Positions 37,937-48,700 of a stretch of 64,000 nucleotides of DNA are shown one piece after another; within the stretch, counting starts at the first letter, position 1, and every line of letters starts with the position of its first letter. The position numbers and the translations under genes were made by a program. The stretch spans positions 372,001 through 436,000 of the forward strand of contig QPMI01000514.1 of assembly GCA_004431415.1 (NCBI GenBank), written 5' to 3'. The DNA is from Cyanophora paradoxa CCMP329 (taxonomy: Eukaryota; Plantae; Glaucophyta). Below the pieces are notes generated by a model, which did no database searches, was not told the DNA's origin, and worked only from the letters and a program-made list of their open reading frames with translations.

Positions 37937-40531
37937 CTAAACTTCAACATCAGAATCATAATCTGATGCATCAGGATCAGCAGCAGGTAGTTCTTGTTTC
38001 ATCCTTGGATTAGCTTCTTCCTCAATGGTCTCATCATCTACAAGCTTCATCTTTCTGAATTCCTCAAATACTTGTGGGAATAGGAAATGATAGTATTGCT
38101 TACCATTTGTAGTTTTCACTTGGATATATGTCACACTTCTCATTTCAGTATAATACCTGCGACTATTATAATCGTTTTTATATTTGTTGCTGGTAATGAA
38201 CTCCTGGAACCATTTCCAGGTTTCCACAAGGCTACCAGACTTGCATTTATTCTCGGAAATTAAGCCTCGATCCACAAGCCACTTAGTGAACATAAGAATG
38301 ATTGGGGCGCATACCTGCTGGGCTAAATAGTATTTATTTGTAAGGGGTCTATCAGCAATCCAGTTCACATCCTCACAGTCAACTTTGGTTCTCAAATAGT
38401 GGGCAATGTTTCGAATATTGCAGTGATCATTAAGCCATTTTACAAGTGGAAGGAAGTATGACCTATCCTTTGCGAATTTCTTACTAACTTCAACAACCAC
38501 AAATCGCCTATCTCCAGCTTCAATTTTAACTGGAATGTTATTATTGCTGGTAAATATAATCCTGGCAAAGTTGCTTTTTGTGTATGAATCTATCCCTTTG
38601 TGTTCAATAACAATCTTATCAGAAGTAATGAGATCTTTGAGCATATCATTATTTTCGAATGTGTCCTTGCCTGAGGCTTCATTCACAACAATCAAGATCT
38701 TATCCTCTCTGTTATGGGCAAATCGACCAAACAGATCCTCTTTTGGCTTCCCAGTTGCATAACTCAGGGCATCTCCAAGAATCTTCTTTTGGAAAGTATC
38801 AACCAACACATTCTTACCAGTTCCTTGTTCACCAATGAAGATTAAGGATACTCCATTGAGTTCCCCAGGCTTTTGCAGCATGTGGGCAAACCATTTCAAT
38901 AGATATTCGTGAGTATTTTGATCCTCACCAGACATTAAGAACAAGTGATCTAGGAAAGGCTTAATCATCTCAGCAGTTACATCCTCTGGGGCATTTTCGA
39001 ATTGCTGATGGTCGACCTTCATTCCTGGATAGAGATTAAATACAGACTTGCATTTTGCACTGAGAGTAGCAGGAGGTGGGAGGAAATCCATGTAAGTTGA
39101 TCTTGTGGCTGTTGGATCCACAATCCATTTCCTAAATGATTGCTCCCATTTCTCTTTCTCATTATCTGTCCCCTCATTCACAATCACCTTATGCATCAAG
39201 TGGGGGAAATGCTTTGTTGAGAGTTTCCCAATATCTTTGGGCATCCAGCAAAGTAGTTGTTCATCCCAGAGCATCACACAACCAACATTTTCAACATGAT
39301 GCATTCGAGCATTGAAATACCTCTTATGCACATTGTAATGTTCAGCCAAAGGAGGAATACTTGCAGTCTTGTAATCGATTTCATCTGTGTCCTCTGGTAG
39401 GAATGCATACTTTTTGGGGAAGAGTTCCTTGAAAAGCTCATTGTTATCTTTGCTCAACCAATAAACCAAGGATTTGAAGGTCAACACTTTGCCAGGCTCA
39501 GCCTTCTTCTTGCTTCTGCGAAGTTGTGTAAACTTCTCCTGGCATTCATCATAATCATACTTGTCACTCTGTTCTGAGAATTGGTGGAAGAGTTCAGCCT
39601 GCATTTTAGGGGTAAATTTGTTGTCTTCCCCAACATTGATGATGACCAGTCCAACATCAATCCAAGTCTTATACTCGCTGGCTCTGTCAGCATTGAGACC
39701 CATTATAACACTTTGTAGCAGTTCGAAAGTAACAGGATTTTCGGGTTCAGTGTCTTTTTCAGCTTCTACCTTCTCAGTCTTCACTTTATCACTTTTTGGC
39801 TCCTTTTTAACTGGTTTTGGCTCAGGAGTATAATTTGCAAATGCAGAAATATTCGATTCATCCACAAGTTTAGTAGTAGCTGAGAAGTAAGATACAAAGA
39901 AGTCCTCATTTCGCATTAACACTTTGTCACAGTCAACGAATTTCTTAAAGCAAACGTTTTTATCAACATCTTTTTTCGATTTATTTTGAGCATCCAGAGT
40001 CTCACCTTTGCAGCAATTGAGGCAGATAAGGTTCTGTGTGGAGCTGTAAACTCCACTGTCATAATCCTCATTTTTCACCAATCCCATTGCTTTGAAAAGC
40101 TTGGGGATATCTTCATGTTTGCATGCAAGCGACTTAATGATAAAGTGGGCTGAGATCTTGAACTTGGTGACATCCTCCTTGATCAAATAAACCCTTCTAT
40201 GGCGAACTGCAACAGCAATATCGTTAATCGAAGTGGTCCCAGATCGCTTCCATAGCTTATCTCTCATCTCTCTTACAACAGTTTCCGCCTCAGCATAGTT
40301 TTCAGCAATGTTCTCCTTCAAATCAGCGAATTTATCCAGGTCCAGGTAAACTCTGGTGACTTGTTCAGGCTGAATGCATTCAGCCCAGGTCTTAACCTTG
40401 CTATTATCAATGGCTTCAAGGGCATCTTCGGCAGAATCAAATACATGGGTGACCTTGTTGCGATCACCAATGAGATTACTAAGGAATGTAGCATTTTCAA
40501 CAGGGGTGGCGAATTTCTCGATTTTGTTCAT
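37937..40531 (-). CDS. AEP (PrimPol-like) primase - PriCT-2 - superfamily 3 helicase fusion
   Basis: AEP motifs VYLDLD, SAH and DSGVYS. PriCT-2-like YKTWIDVGL...FS..SDKYD. Walker A GEQGTGKN, Walker B VVNE and sensor IFTSNN, plus DRRF. Confidence 0.9.
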   Translation of the reverse strand: MNKIEKFATPVENATFLSNLIGDRNKVTHVFDSAEDALEAIDNSKVKTWAECIQPEQVTRVYLDLDKFADLKENIAENYAEAETVVREMRDKLWKRSGTTSINDIAVAVRHRRVYLIKEDVTKFKISAHFIIKSLACKHEDIPKLFKAMGLVKNEDYDSGVYSSTQNLICLNCCKGETLDAQNKSKKDVDKNVCFKKFVDCDKVLMRNEDFFVSYFSATTKLVDESNISAFANYTPEPKPVKKEPKSDKVKTEKVEAEKDTEPENPVTFELLQSVIMGLNADRASEYKTWIDVGLVIINVGEDNKFTPKMQAELFHQFSEQSDKYDYDECQEKFTQLRRSKKKAEPGKVLTFKSLVYWLSKDNNELFKELFPKKYAFLPEDTDEIDYKTASIPPLAEHYNVHKRYFNARMHHVENVGCVMLWDEQLLCWMPKDIGKLSTKHFPHLMHKVIVNEGTDNEKEKWEQSFRKWIVDPTATRSTYMDFLPPPATLSAKCKSVFNLYPGMKVDHQQFENAPEDVTAEMIKPFLDHLFLMSGEDQNTHEYLLKWFAHMLQKPGELNGVSLIFIGEQGTGKNVLVDTFQKKILGDALSYATGKPKEDLFGRFAHNREDKILIVVNEASGKDTFENNDMLKDLITSDKIVIEHKGIDSYTKSNFARIIFTSNNNIPVKIEAGDRRFVVVEVSKKFAKDRSYFLPLVKWLNDHCNIRNIAHYLRTKVDCEDVNWIADRPLTNKYYLAQQVCAPIILMFTKWLVDRGLISENKCKSGSLVETWKWFQEFITSNKYKNDYNSRRYYTEMRSVTYIQVKTTNGKQYYHFLFPQVFEEFRKMKLVDDETIEEEANPRMKQELPAADPDASDYDSDVEV

Positions 40532-40749
40532 TTTCGATTTTGGGGGACTTCTACCTTAAACAAAGAAAATAATTTCGGAAGGAGGAATTGTCTTTTATAT
40601 ATATCCTATTATTTGCCAAGTCCTTAAGTAGTTTTGGGTCGGGATACTGTCTCGATATATAGGTACAGTTTTAAAAAAGAGGGAAGAAAGCTGTCATTTT
40701 TTTGCCTCCGATCAAATCGATTTCTACAAAATTTGTTTCGATCGAGAAT

Positions 40750-41076
40750 TTATTCTTCGATATATTTCCGAGGTCTTCCAACCGGTTTATGCTCTTTGGG
40801 TGTCTTGGGTAGTTCGTCTTTTTTCTTGTGGTAGTATTCCAGCGCTTTCGCCTTTTTCTGTTCGCGATATTCTTCATTTTCCCTGTATTTCCTCTGGTGT
40901 CTGAGGGCAATCTTTTTGAGTTCTTCTGGTGTGTGAACTGTAGCGGCTCCTTGGGATAATCGTTCCTCCTTCTTTTTATGATAGGCTTCGCGTTTTCTTT
41001 GGGCATCTTGCTCCCTTTTCAGTCTCAGCTTCTCTGCTTTTTCATCATCTGTGAGTATCTTGCGGATATTCGGCAT
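40750..41076 (-). CDS. Small basic protein with C-terminal AT-hook
   Basis: K/R/E-rich helical repeats ending KPVGRPRKY. Confidence 0.6.
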   Translation of the reverse strand: MPNIRKILTDDEKAEKLRLKREQDAQRKREAYHKKKEERLSQGAATVHTPEELKKIALRHQRKYRENEEYREQKKAKALEYYHKKKDELPKTPKEHKPVGRPRKYIEE

Positions 41077-41228
41077 TTCTCTTTAATAGTAGATACGAAA
41101 ATAATTTTTCCTCAATACAACCTATCTACTTTTTCTTTAAGTCATTTTTTGTTGCGAACACCAGTTCCTGTCTGTAAACTTTTATAGCTGCCTCAGTGGC
41201 ATACTGAGACCGCTTTTTCTCGATTATC

Positions 41229-41474
41229 TTATAGACCTGGGGGTCCATTGCTACTATCAGTAGGCAAATAATATTTAATCGGTCTCCCTCTGGGTCTCTG
41301 CTCCTCTTTTTGGGCTTTTCTTCGATAATAGGATGCCAAGGCTTGCTGCTTTTTATACTCTCTATAGGCTGGGTCATCTCTATATCGTTTCTGCATTGCC
41401 AGAATGTGTCTTATAGACCCCTCAGTAACAGGTTCATCACTGGTAAACTCGATTAAACTAATAGTATCCTCCAT
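41229..41474 (-). CDS. Small basic protein with AT-hook-like motif
   Basis: QKRYRDDPAYREYKKQQALASYYRRK...RPRGRP, similar to 40750-41076 and 53631-53948. Confidence 0.5.
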   Translation of the reverse strand: MEDTISLIEFTSDEPVTEGSIRHILAMQKRYRDDPAYREYKKQQALASYYRRKAQKEEQRPRGRPIKYYLPTDSSNGPPGL

Positions 41475-41730
41475 TTATATTCCCAGAGAAAACGTTTTCT
41501 GCTGACAGAGAACTTCTCCTTGGATACTCCTGTTGCTCATATGTATACTCTGTGGGGTCTGCTGGCATTGACTCCACAGAAACTGTTGATCTCCTTCTCT
41601 CTCTTGCTTCTGAGGCATTATCCTCATTATCTGACATCTCAAACTCCACTGTTGTCTCACAACATCCACTGTGGCAATTGCTCACCACATGCAGACTGAA
41701 CATCTCGAAGAACTTTCGTATTATGTCCAT
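41458..41730 (-). CDS. Small hypothetical viral protein with SNCHSGCC motif
   Basis: ORF fills the gap between neighbouring genes. Likely start MDIIRK. Confidence 0.45.
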   Translation of the reverse strand: MDIIRKFFEMFSLHVVSNCHSGCCETTVEFEMSDNEDNASEARERRRSTVSVESMPADPTEYTYEQQEYPRRSSLSAENVFSGNINGGYY

Positions 41731-41752
41731 ATCTCTAATAAAACAGAGATAA

Positions 41753-42487
41753 TTAAAGCCAAACTCGTCTTTTATATACTGTTGGGGCAACTCCCTTTTC
41801 TACTTCAGCTTTGGTGGCACCAGGTTCAATGGTTCCCTTTTGGGTTTTTGTTTTCATTTCATCTACTGCCTGCTCATCGATTTGGTTCTCTTTCTTAGCA
41901 ATAAACTGTTTATCTGGGACACCAGTGATTCCCATTTTATAAACTTCCTTTCGAAGCATCTCCTTTAGCTTGGCTCTCTCTTTCTTCTCAGTAACATACT
42001 GCTCCAAGGCACTTGATTTGGCTTCCAGATCTTTGAGTTTAGCAGTCATCTCATCCCATTGAGCCTTGGGAATTCGATGAATATTTTGAGTGGGAGCAGT
42101 CTTGTATGTGACTTCACCAGCCATAGACTGAATTACCTTGTCTGATTCCTTACTAAGACCCTCACCTTTGCGAGCCAGTGAAAGATCTTGCAAGCCTAAA
42201 CCTTTGTCATCAGCAGCCCCAATAATTCGCCTGGCACCCTCAGCAACAGACTTCATCTTTGCTGTCTCAGGGGAAATGTTCAGTTGGTCAGCAGTTGAAC
42301 TTTGTGGGGCTTTGTCATCGACTGATTCCTCATAGGCAGCATTAAGGGGGTCTTCTTGGGGTTGTGAGGGTTTGATTTCGTTCATACCATTGAATTTCAT
42401 TGGTTCAGTGTTAATAGATCCACTGTTTCCACCACCTGAATAGCCAACAGCCCCAGCTGGGATCCCTATCTTTCGTTTGGGAGGCAT
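41753..42487 (-). CDS. Conserved hypothetical coiled-coil protein downstream of the ATPase
   Basis: EMTAKLKDLEAKSSALEQYVTEKKERAKLKEMLR matches 54258-54887 in element B. Confidence 0.75.
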   Translation of the reverse strand: MPPKRKIGIPAGAVGYSGGGNSGSINTEPMKFNGMNEIKPSQPQEDPLNAAYEESVDDKAPQSSTADQLNISPETAKMKSVAEGARRIIGAADDKGLGLQDLSLARKGEGLSKESDKVIQSMAGEVTYKTAPTQNIHRIPKAQWDEMTAKLKDLEAKSSALEQYVTEKKERAKLKEMLRKEVYKMGITGVPDKQFIAKKENQIDEQAVDEMKTKTQKGTIEPGATKAEVEKGVAPTVYKRRVWL

Positions 42488-42515
42488 TGTATCTTTATTA
42501 GAATGAGAGATAATT

Positions 42516-43298
42516 TTATAAACCGCGTTTATATCGCATCAATTTATTGCTATGGACTTGGCTCTTCACTTCTTTGGGGGCTTCCTCTTTCTCTGGGGGT
42601 TTCAGCTCATCTTCTTTCTTTTTGGGCTTCCTGTGGAAGCGAGGGAATGGGAAATCTTTCACAAGGTCCGCTTTATCAACAAAGTATTTAACTGAGTAGC
42701 CAGCAGAGGACCAAACGATATACTGATAGGAGTGAACATACTCTTCAAACATCTTGTAGAAATCCTCTTTATTTCGCATTATATTGTATTCTTCCTCTAT
42801 GGCTTCAAGTTCTTTGCGATTAGCAGCACTTAGGAAAACAGCATAATCAGAATTAACTCGAATAGTGGAAGAGACTTTTCTGAGTTTCTGTGTAATGCAG
42901 ATAATGGATATTTTCGAATGGCGACCTCTGGAATACAAGGATCCGATTATTTTATCCCTTGTGAGATCGACTATCTCATTATCAATTAAATCATCTAAAA
43001 CAACACACATGTGGTTCACAGGTTCACCTTTTTCGATTTTCTCCTGCCTTTCATCCAAAAGCTTTGAAATGTAACCAGCATCCCATTTACCAAGTTCTAC
43101 TGTTGCAACCTCTCTCCAGAAATGATTAAAGCTGGTCCCACTCACAACTAGGACAACATCAATAACTTTGGCATCATGTAATTGCTTTAACCAATACTTT
43201 ACACATTCGCTTTTTCCCGTACAACTTTTGCCTATAAAAATGGCTCTGAAAACACCTTTTATCATTTCAGAAACATTAAACTCTTCTAAATCTTGCAT
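42516..43298 (-). CDS. A32/FtsK-HerA family genome packaging ATPase (element A)
   Basis: GKSCTGKS, VVLDD, RGRHSKISIICITQ and IRVNSDY. Confidence 0.92.
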   Translation of the reverse strand: MQDLEEFNVSEMIKGVFRAIFIGKSCTGKSECVKYWLKQLHDAKVIDVVLVVSGTSFNHFWREVATVELGKWDAGYISKLLDERQEKIEKGEPVNHMCVVLDDLIDNEIVDLTRDKIIGSLYSRGRHSKISIICITQKLRKVSSTIRVNSDYAVFLSAANRKELEAIEEEYNIMRNKEDFYKMFEEYVHSYQYIVWSSAGYSVKYFVDKADLVKDFPFPRFHRKPKKKEDELKPPEKEEAPKEVKSQVHSNKLMRYKRGL

Positions 43299-43357
43299 TG
43301 TTGTAGATCTTCCTAAATAAAGACAGATAAAAATAATGCAGGGAGACTGAATATGGT

Positions 43358-44724
43358 CTATAAATTGATTCTACGAACACCTGAACCGTCTATAATGAGG
43401 AAACTATGCATTAAAGCGCGAACTTGAACATTGATTGTCTTATCTGTGGGCATGTAGAGTGTGAGGAATGAAGATGAGGAATTAGTCAGGTCTACAAATC
43501 CACTTTGAGCAATATTTCGAATTGCCTTTTCTCCATCAAGGCAGAATGGGAGTCCTGAAAGGACATATTTATCTGCAACCTTATCCATGTTAGAGCATTT
43601 GAAGGCATCAGCAATTAGCTCAGCTCCTTTGAGTAGAGAAATTGGCTCAGTGGCAAAAAGTCGCTGTCCATTTATTTCAGTTGTGAATGTTATCTCTTTG
43701 GAGTTGGCATAGGTCTTAAGAACACTGTGGGAGCCATTGGATTTGTCAACAGTCTCATAATCACGAACTGAAACAAGCAGAGCATAGACAAGACCTGAGA
43801 TTTGAGAGAGGTTAATTCGATTGGGCTGGGCATTGCCCTTGGCAGGGAAAGCAATGGCATCTACAAATCCAATATCAAGGAGGGAATAGCCATGCCAGTA
43901 GTCTTTACTTTTTCAATTACAGTAGCGAAAAGCTCATCAGAAACATTAATAGCATGCATGTAAAGGCGAGGAGAAGTAATTGAAATAGCAGGGGTTGTTG
44001 CACCAAGACTGAAAGTGGTGATGTTTTGACCAACATGGGCAAGTGTAGCATTAGCAGTATCACCAAGACCATCATCTTCTGTCTTATCAGCAGCTGTCCC
44101 ACCAACAACAGGGAGAGAGCGACCACCATAGGAAGTTTCAACATAACCCTTTCCAGCATCCTTAAACCAAACAGTAACAACCATTTCACCAGATAAAGCA
44201 CCAAGGGGAAGATAGTGATTTAGCCAAGGCACTGGGATTTCAACGAAAAATGAGCCACCAAGTCGGTTGGTTCCATGAGCAGGGATTCCATGAACCATGC
44301 CCATTGAGCGTTTCTTTTTAGCTAGTTGATCCTCCGAATAATAGACCAGGGGGAAATGAGCAAGGAAATCAGAAGGAATGTGGTAGGTGTAAGATCCATA
44401 GGTAATTTCAAGTCGCTGAACTAAAGCACCAACTGGGCGAGTGTATCCATTGCGAACTAGATCTTCACCAGCAAAAGTGATTTCTGGTAGGTCGAAAGCA
44501 AGTTCGAGTTTTCCACAGAAATTGTAGCGAGGTAGCTTGAAGGAAATGCGATTTCCAACATTATTCTCAAAAGTATTGCTGGGATTCACAACAACTAGAA
44601 CTGGCTTAGACTTGGATTCGAGTCCAAGCATAAGGGAGTTATCCAGGAAAAAGGCTTTCGCCTCCTCTGGGGTTGTTAGGGCTTCTTTCAGCGAAAGTCT
44701 TTGAAAATTGGAAGTGATATCCAT
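43358..44724 (-). CDS. Double jelly-roll major capsid protein (element A); -1 frameshift near 43880
   Basis: Colinear and clearly homologous with the intact ORF 55661-57049 once the frame is restored (IPSLDIGFVDA...RINLSQISGL...VRRINL). Lies next to the ATPase. Confidence 0.82.
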
Positions 44725-44777
44725 GATTATCTCTTTTATTATACTGCAACATAAAAAATCTACCAATGATCCTTAAT

Positions 44778-45788
44778 TTATGCGAAGCTTGTAATTACTG
44801 GATAGGAAGGGTGAAGCTGTGACATTCGCATCTTAAAGTATTCATAAACTGGGTCTCCTGCTGGCTCATCACCATAGCGAATTTCAAAGGTCAGATGAAC
44901 AGGTTGACCCTCAAAATCAATTGGTTCATTAATAGCATTTACAATATCAACCGAGAAAGTGGATAATCCAACCTTCTTATTATAGTATTTGTAAAGTGGA
45001 TGAGCCTCTGTCGAATTGTAAACTACATGCTCACCATAATCTTTGTCAGGGACCACTATTTTATGGAAGTAACCAGTCAGAAGACCATCCCCACATTGCA
45101 CCAGATCACCCAGCTCCTTTACTCTCACAAACAAAACACTGTCCCTGGTCTTCTCAGGCTCAAAAGAAGATATAATGCCATTCACTCGACCACCAGTAAA
45201 GATTCCATCAGTGAGAGCATCATAGACCTGTGATTGGATTGGGGAGTTACCATATCTTCCAGGATCAAGACCCAGCAGTCTAGCTGAACTCAACAGCTTT
45301 TGGATTGTTTGTTGGCTTGGGTTCACAGCTACTGAGAAAGCCAAGTAAAATGGTACTGCTGAGTGGAATATAATTCGTTTCAGTGATTCATCCCATTTGC
45401 AGCGAATGGATGGTTGGGGATTTCTGCCTTCGAATTTAGAGTTAATTACATTCACCAGTTGTTGGTGGCTTTGGATGGGGGTGTTTCGACTTATAATGAA
45501 TTGTTTCCATTGTTCATAGTCAGCAGCTGGGCGAACTGTTGGAATTCCTGAGCTTCCAGCTCCAGGAGTTTGTTCAGAATAATAAATGCTAAATGCATTG
45601 TCAACTGTCACATCTCCAACTTTGGTTTCACCACTCACCATAGGGATGCTGTTATAAAATTCGGCTGATACCAGTCTCACAGCCCTCACATTCTCATAAG
45701 AACTTGGGAGTCTAGCCACAAAGCTTGATGTGGGACCATCACCAGAGATTGTATTAAATGAGCTAACCTCGATGTAATCCACAGGCAT
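44778..45788 (-). CDS. Minor capsid (penton-like, single jelly-roll) protein 1 (element A)
   Basis: LPSSYENVRAVRLVSAEF and C-terminal DIVN...IDFEG..V.LTFEI. Homologous to 57101-58057. Confidence 0.7.
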   Translation of the reverse strand: MPVDYIEVSSFNTISGDGPTSSFVARLPSSYENVRAVRLVSAEFYNSIPMVSGETKVGDVTVDNAFSIYYSEQTPGAGSSGIPTVRPAADYEQWKQFIISRNTPIQSHQQLVNVINSKFEGRNPQPSIRCKWDESLKRIIFHSAVPFYLAFSVAVNPSQQTIQKLLSSARLLGLDPGRYGNSPIQSQVYDALTDGIFTGGRVNGIISSFEPEKTRDSVLFVRVKELGDLVQCGDGLLTGYFHKIVVPDKDYGEHVVYNSTEAHPLYKYYNKKVGLSTFSVDIVNAINEPIDFEGQPVHLTFEIRYGDEPAGDPVYEYFKMRMSQLHPSYPVITSFA

Positions 45789-45817
45789 TCTTCTTTTATC
45801 TATATTTATATATTAAA

Positions 45818-46749
45818 ATGAATCGACTTGTTAATATTGATAGCAGGGATAGAAGCCAAGGACAAAATGAAAACTCTTACAGGGTCACTCTCACAACTCC
45901 AGTAGAGAGACCAAGGGAATGTAGGGTTCTCTATGCAGAGATTCCAAACAGTATCTATAACAGTGTGGGAACTGATCATCTAACAGTTCAGTTTAATTAC
46001 CAAGATGGTTCATACAATGAAATCATCACACAGAAAGTGTATCCCCTTCCCAGTGGCTACATTAACCAGGGTCATTTTGGGGTAACACACCCTTATAATT
46101 ATGGGCTGAACTATTCAAGCTTCCAAACCATTGCAGGCAAAACAGTAGCTTTTGAGTTCAAGATATTCTATAACCCAACTACCTATAAAGTGGAGTTTTA
46201 CAGTAACCATGAGTTTCGTTTTATTGCAAGCAACCAGAGAATAGGGAAGCTTTTGGGTGTGAGTTCTACTGAATACACCAATGGTTATTATAGCACTCCT
46301 CCTGCTGGTGGATCTCCCTATCGACCTGAGAACCTTTTAAAGTATGATGGCAAACCTATTACACCTGATCACCCAGCATGGGGAATCACCTTCTCAGGAC
46401 CCAGACTCTCCTCAAAGCCCTTGCAATATTATTTTGACAGCAGGAAGATGTCTGATATGAATGCTGAGCAGTATCTGTACATGCATATTAAAGAGCTGTC
46501 CCCCTTTGCCAGCAGACACAATATAATCCCGAAATCGCAACCACATAACCAGGGGCAATCCTTAGACTGCAATTGAGTAAAGATATAGGCGGCTATGTTT
46601 ACCATAGTGGTGAGCATGCCGAATTCATTCAGATAAATGACAGAAACCTGGTGATAAGGGAACTCACTGTGGAGTTTAAAGATTACTTTGGTGAACTGAT
46701 TGATATGAATGGAATCGACAATTCTTTTCAGTTGGAGTTTATCGAATAA
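45818..46749 (+). CDS. Minor capsid-like protein 2 (element A); -1 frameshift near 46553
   Basis: N-terminal IDSRDR...AEIPNS. The shifted frame continues AILRLQLSKDIGG...DMNGIDNSFQLEFIE*, matching 58085-59001. Confidence 0.7.
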
Positions 46750-46785
46750 AGGCACCTGTAAAGTCCACTCTCATTGTGGGAGCAT

Positions 46786-48103
46786 TCACATACACAAGGG
46801 ATAAATGCGAATATACTTGATTCTGAGAGAAAAACCTATGTAAAAAGCATCCTTGATGCTGAGAGGAAATCCACTCAATAAAGCAACATCACCTGAGTTG
46901 TGAGCATTGTTAATGTTCTCACAGACATATATTTTGTTCTGCCCATCTGATCGAATAAAAGACCAGTTGATCCCATCAGTGGATGTTGCCACATTGAAAG
47001 TCTTAATAAAAGCATTGGTGTCCCCTGAACCATAGGCAATAACAGAGGAGAGTTCGAAAGTATATGGGAAAGCAACTTGAAGGTATTCAGTGGGGTTTCC
47101 CATATCTGCTCAGGAGCATAGGCTCCAGCTTCCCAGCCAAATGCTGAAGGTCTAGCCATGAAAGGCTCTTTACCTGTCACAGAGGATGAGGCAGTGAAGG
47201 CATCATCTGCAAGCTGATACCAATTTGCATCCAAAGGAGGTGATGTAGTGAGAGTGGATGATATGTAAGCCTTTGAAGGGTTCTTTAATTCATAGTTTGC
47301 TACTAGAATGCTGCAAAGCTTATTAATCATATCATTGTTTGCTGCAATGTATGTTTCAGTGAATGCAAGCATGTCTGGGATTTTAGAAGTGTCATCCAGG
47401 GAGCTTACTATATGATTTGGAAGTGGGACTGATAGCCTATAGTATCTCCCATAATCCTGATCATAGTTGTAGGGTAACAACTCCTCCATCTTATCAAGGG
47501 CAGAAAGCTCACTTGCAGCCATGAGCATGTTAATCAATGGGCTTCCATCTGTTGAGGCAATCCATGAGAGAATGCCCCAGCTGTTGACAGTCTCATAAGC
47601 ATAACCCACATAATCAGACTCTAAATGTGGGTCCACCTCTCCACAAGATATACTTATTACTATAATATCATCATCATCACTGTAAATTTTCTTTGCATGG
47701 CTGTAACCACACACACTGGGATTATTGTTTCCCGAAATGGCACCATCAATTAGACAGACATATACTCCCCGATTGAAATCAACAATGCTTACAGGAGAGA
47801 AATATGTAGGAGCAGCAGAAGTAGCCCTAGCAGCAATCTTACAAGGCATAAAGTTGTAATTGTTGTCATTTGTGATAAATATTGGTTTCATATTCTGAGT
47901 ATCAAAGGATGTGATCACAATGTCCTTTAGGGAATCCTGTATTAGTGATTCACCAGTAACTGAATTGATTGCAGTCTCCAAGGGTCCCACATCATACTTT
48001 GTATTAAAAAGGGCATTTTCGATTATATTTCGAGGATTTGCGAAAATCAAGGGCAGTTGAGTTAGGTAAATATTGTGTAAATCGTTTGCTGTCAAAAAAA
48101 ATG
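46786..48103 (-). pseudogene. Patatin-like phospholipase + F5/8-type C (discoidin) domain; 5' end removed by element B; -1 frameshift near 47112
   Basis: ARATSAAPTYF and LIDGA. C-terminal FTASSS...W...EYLQV...STDGINW...YIRIYP. The GGGxRG/GxSxG N-terminus is absent. Confidence 0.8.
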
Positions 48104-48700
48104 AGAGAGAGCCCACCGCGGTGGCCCACCCCTCTTCGCCACCCAGATGGCCCACCACCTCTCTCGCTGCACCAGCCCTAGCGTCCACCCCGCTATCACT
48201 CCAACCCCGCTCTCTCGTTACGTCTACCCCGCTCTCTTGTTACGTCTACTATCCGATTCCCTAGGTCGAAGCCAAGCAATATCTGACGACTATACAAGGC
48301 AGAGGAGACAACTAGAATAGACGAAGAGGAGCGCTGCCCCCATGAGCGCGGTCTGCAGAGCAACGAGAAAGAATAGTCTAGGCGATATAGATGAGTACGA
48401 TGAAGCTAACAGAGGAAGCACGTTTAGGTTAATTTTAGGCGAAATGATGAGAACATTGAAGCAACCAGAGGAAAAGCGTTTAGCTCTATCTAGGCGATAA
48501 TGATGAGTACATTGAAGCACTTCGTGTCCCAAGAGCGCTCTGGTGCGGCCTCTGGAGAGAGTAACTTTTTACATTCACTGTAATTCCTAGCTTGCCATGA
48601 GCAGCACCAGTGACATGTTATAAAGGAATAGCACCGCCCTATAGTAACGAGCGGTTGGTTGCGCGCTTTCTCCGAAAATCTTTTGGAGCGCTATTGTTAA
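48104..48700. repeat. Putative left terminal inverted repeat region of element B
   Basis: (AG)n terminus, then non-coding C-rich short repeats (ACCCCGCTCTCT.GTTACGTCTAC twice). The partner repeat is not in the window. Confidence 0.45.

Larger units (their letters stand above)
31340..48103. mobile_element. Endogenous Polinton-like virus, element A (left end uncertain; interrupted by element B)
   Basis: AT-rich, intronless, densely packed RVE integrase, pPolB, primase-helicase, A32-like ATPase, MCP and minor capsid genes inside a GC-rich host. Confidence 0.9.

Noticed and set aside
48091-48188. ORF-track N-terminus of patatin A (MDARAGA...)
   Set aside because: It reads through the element B terminus and is not homologous to patatin B.
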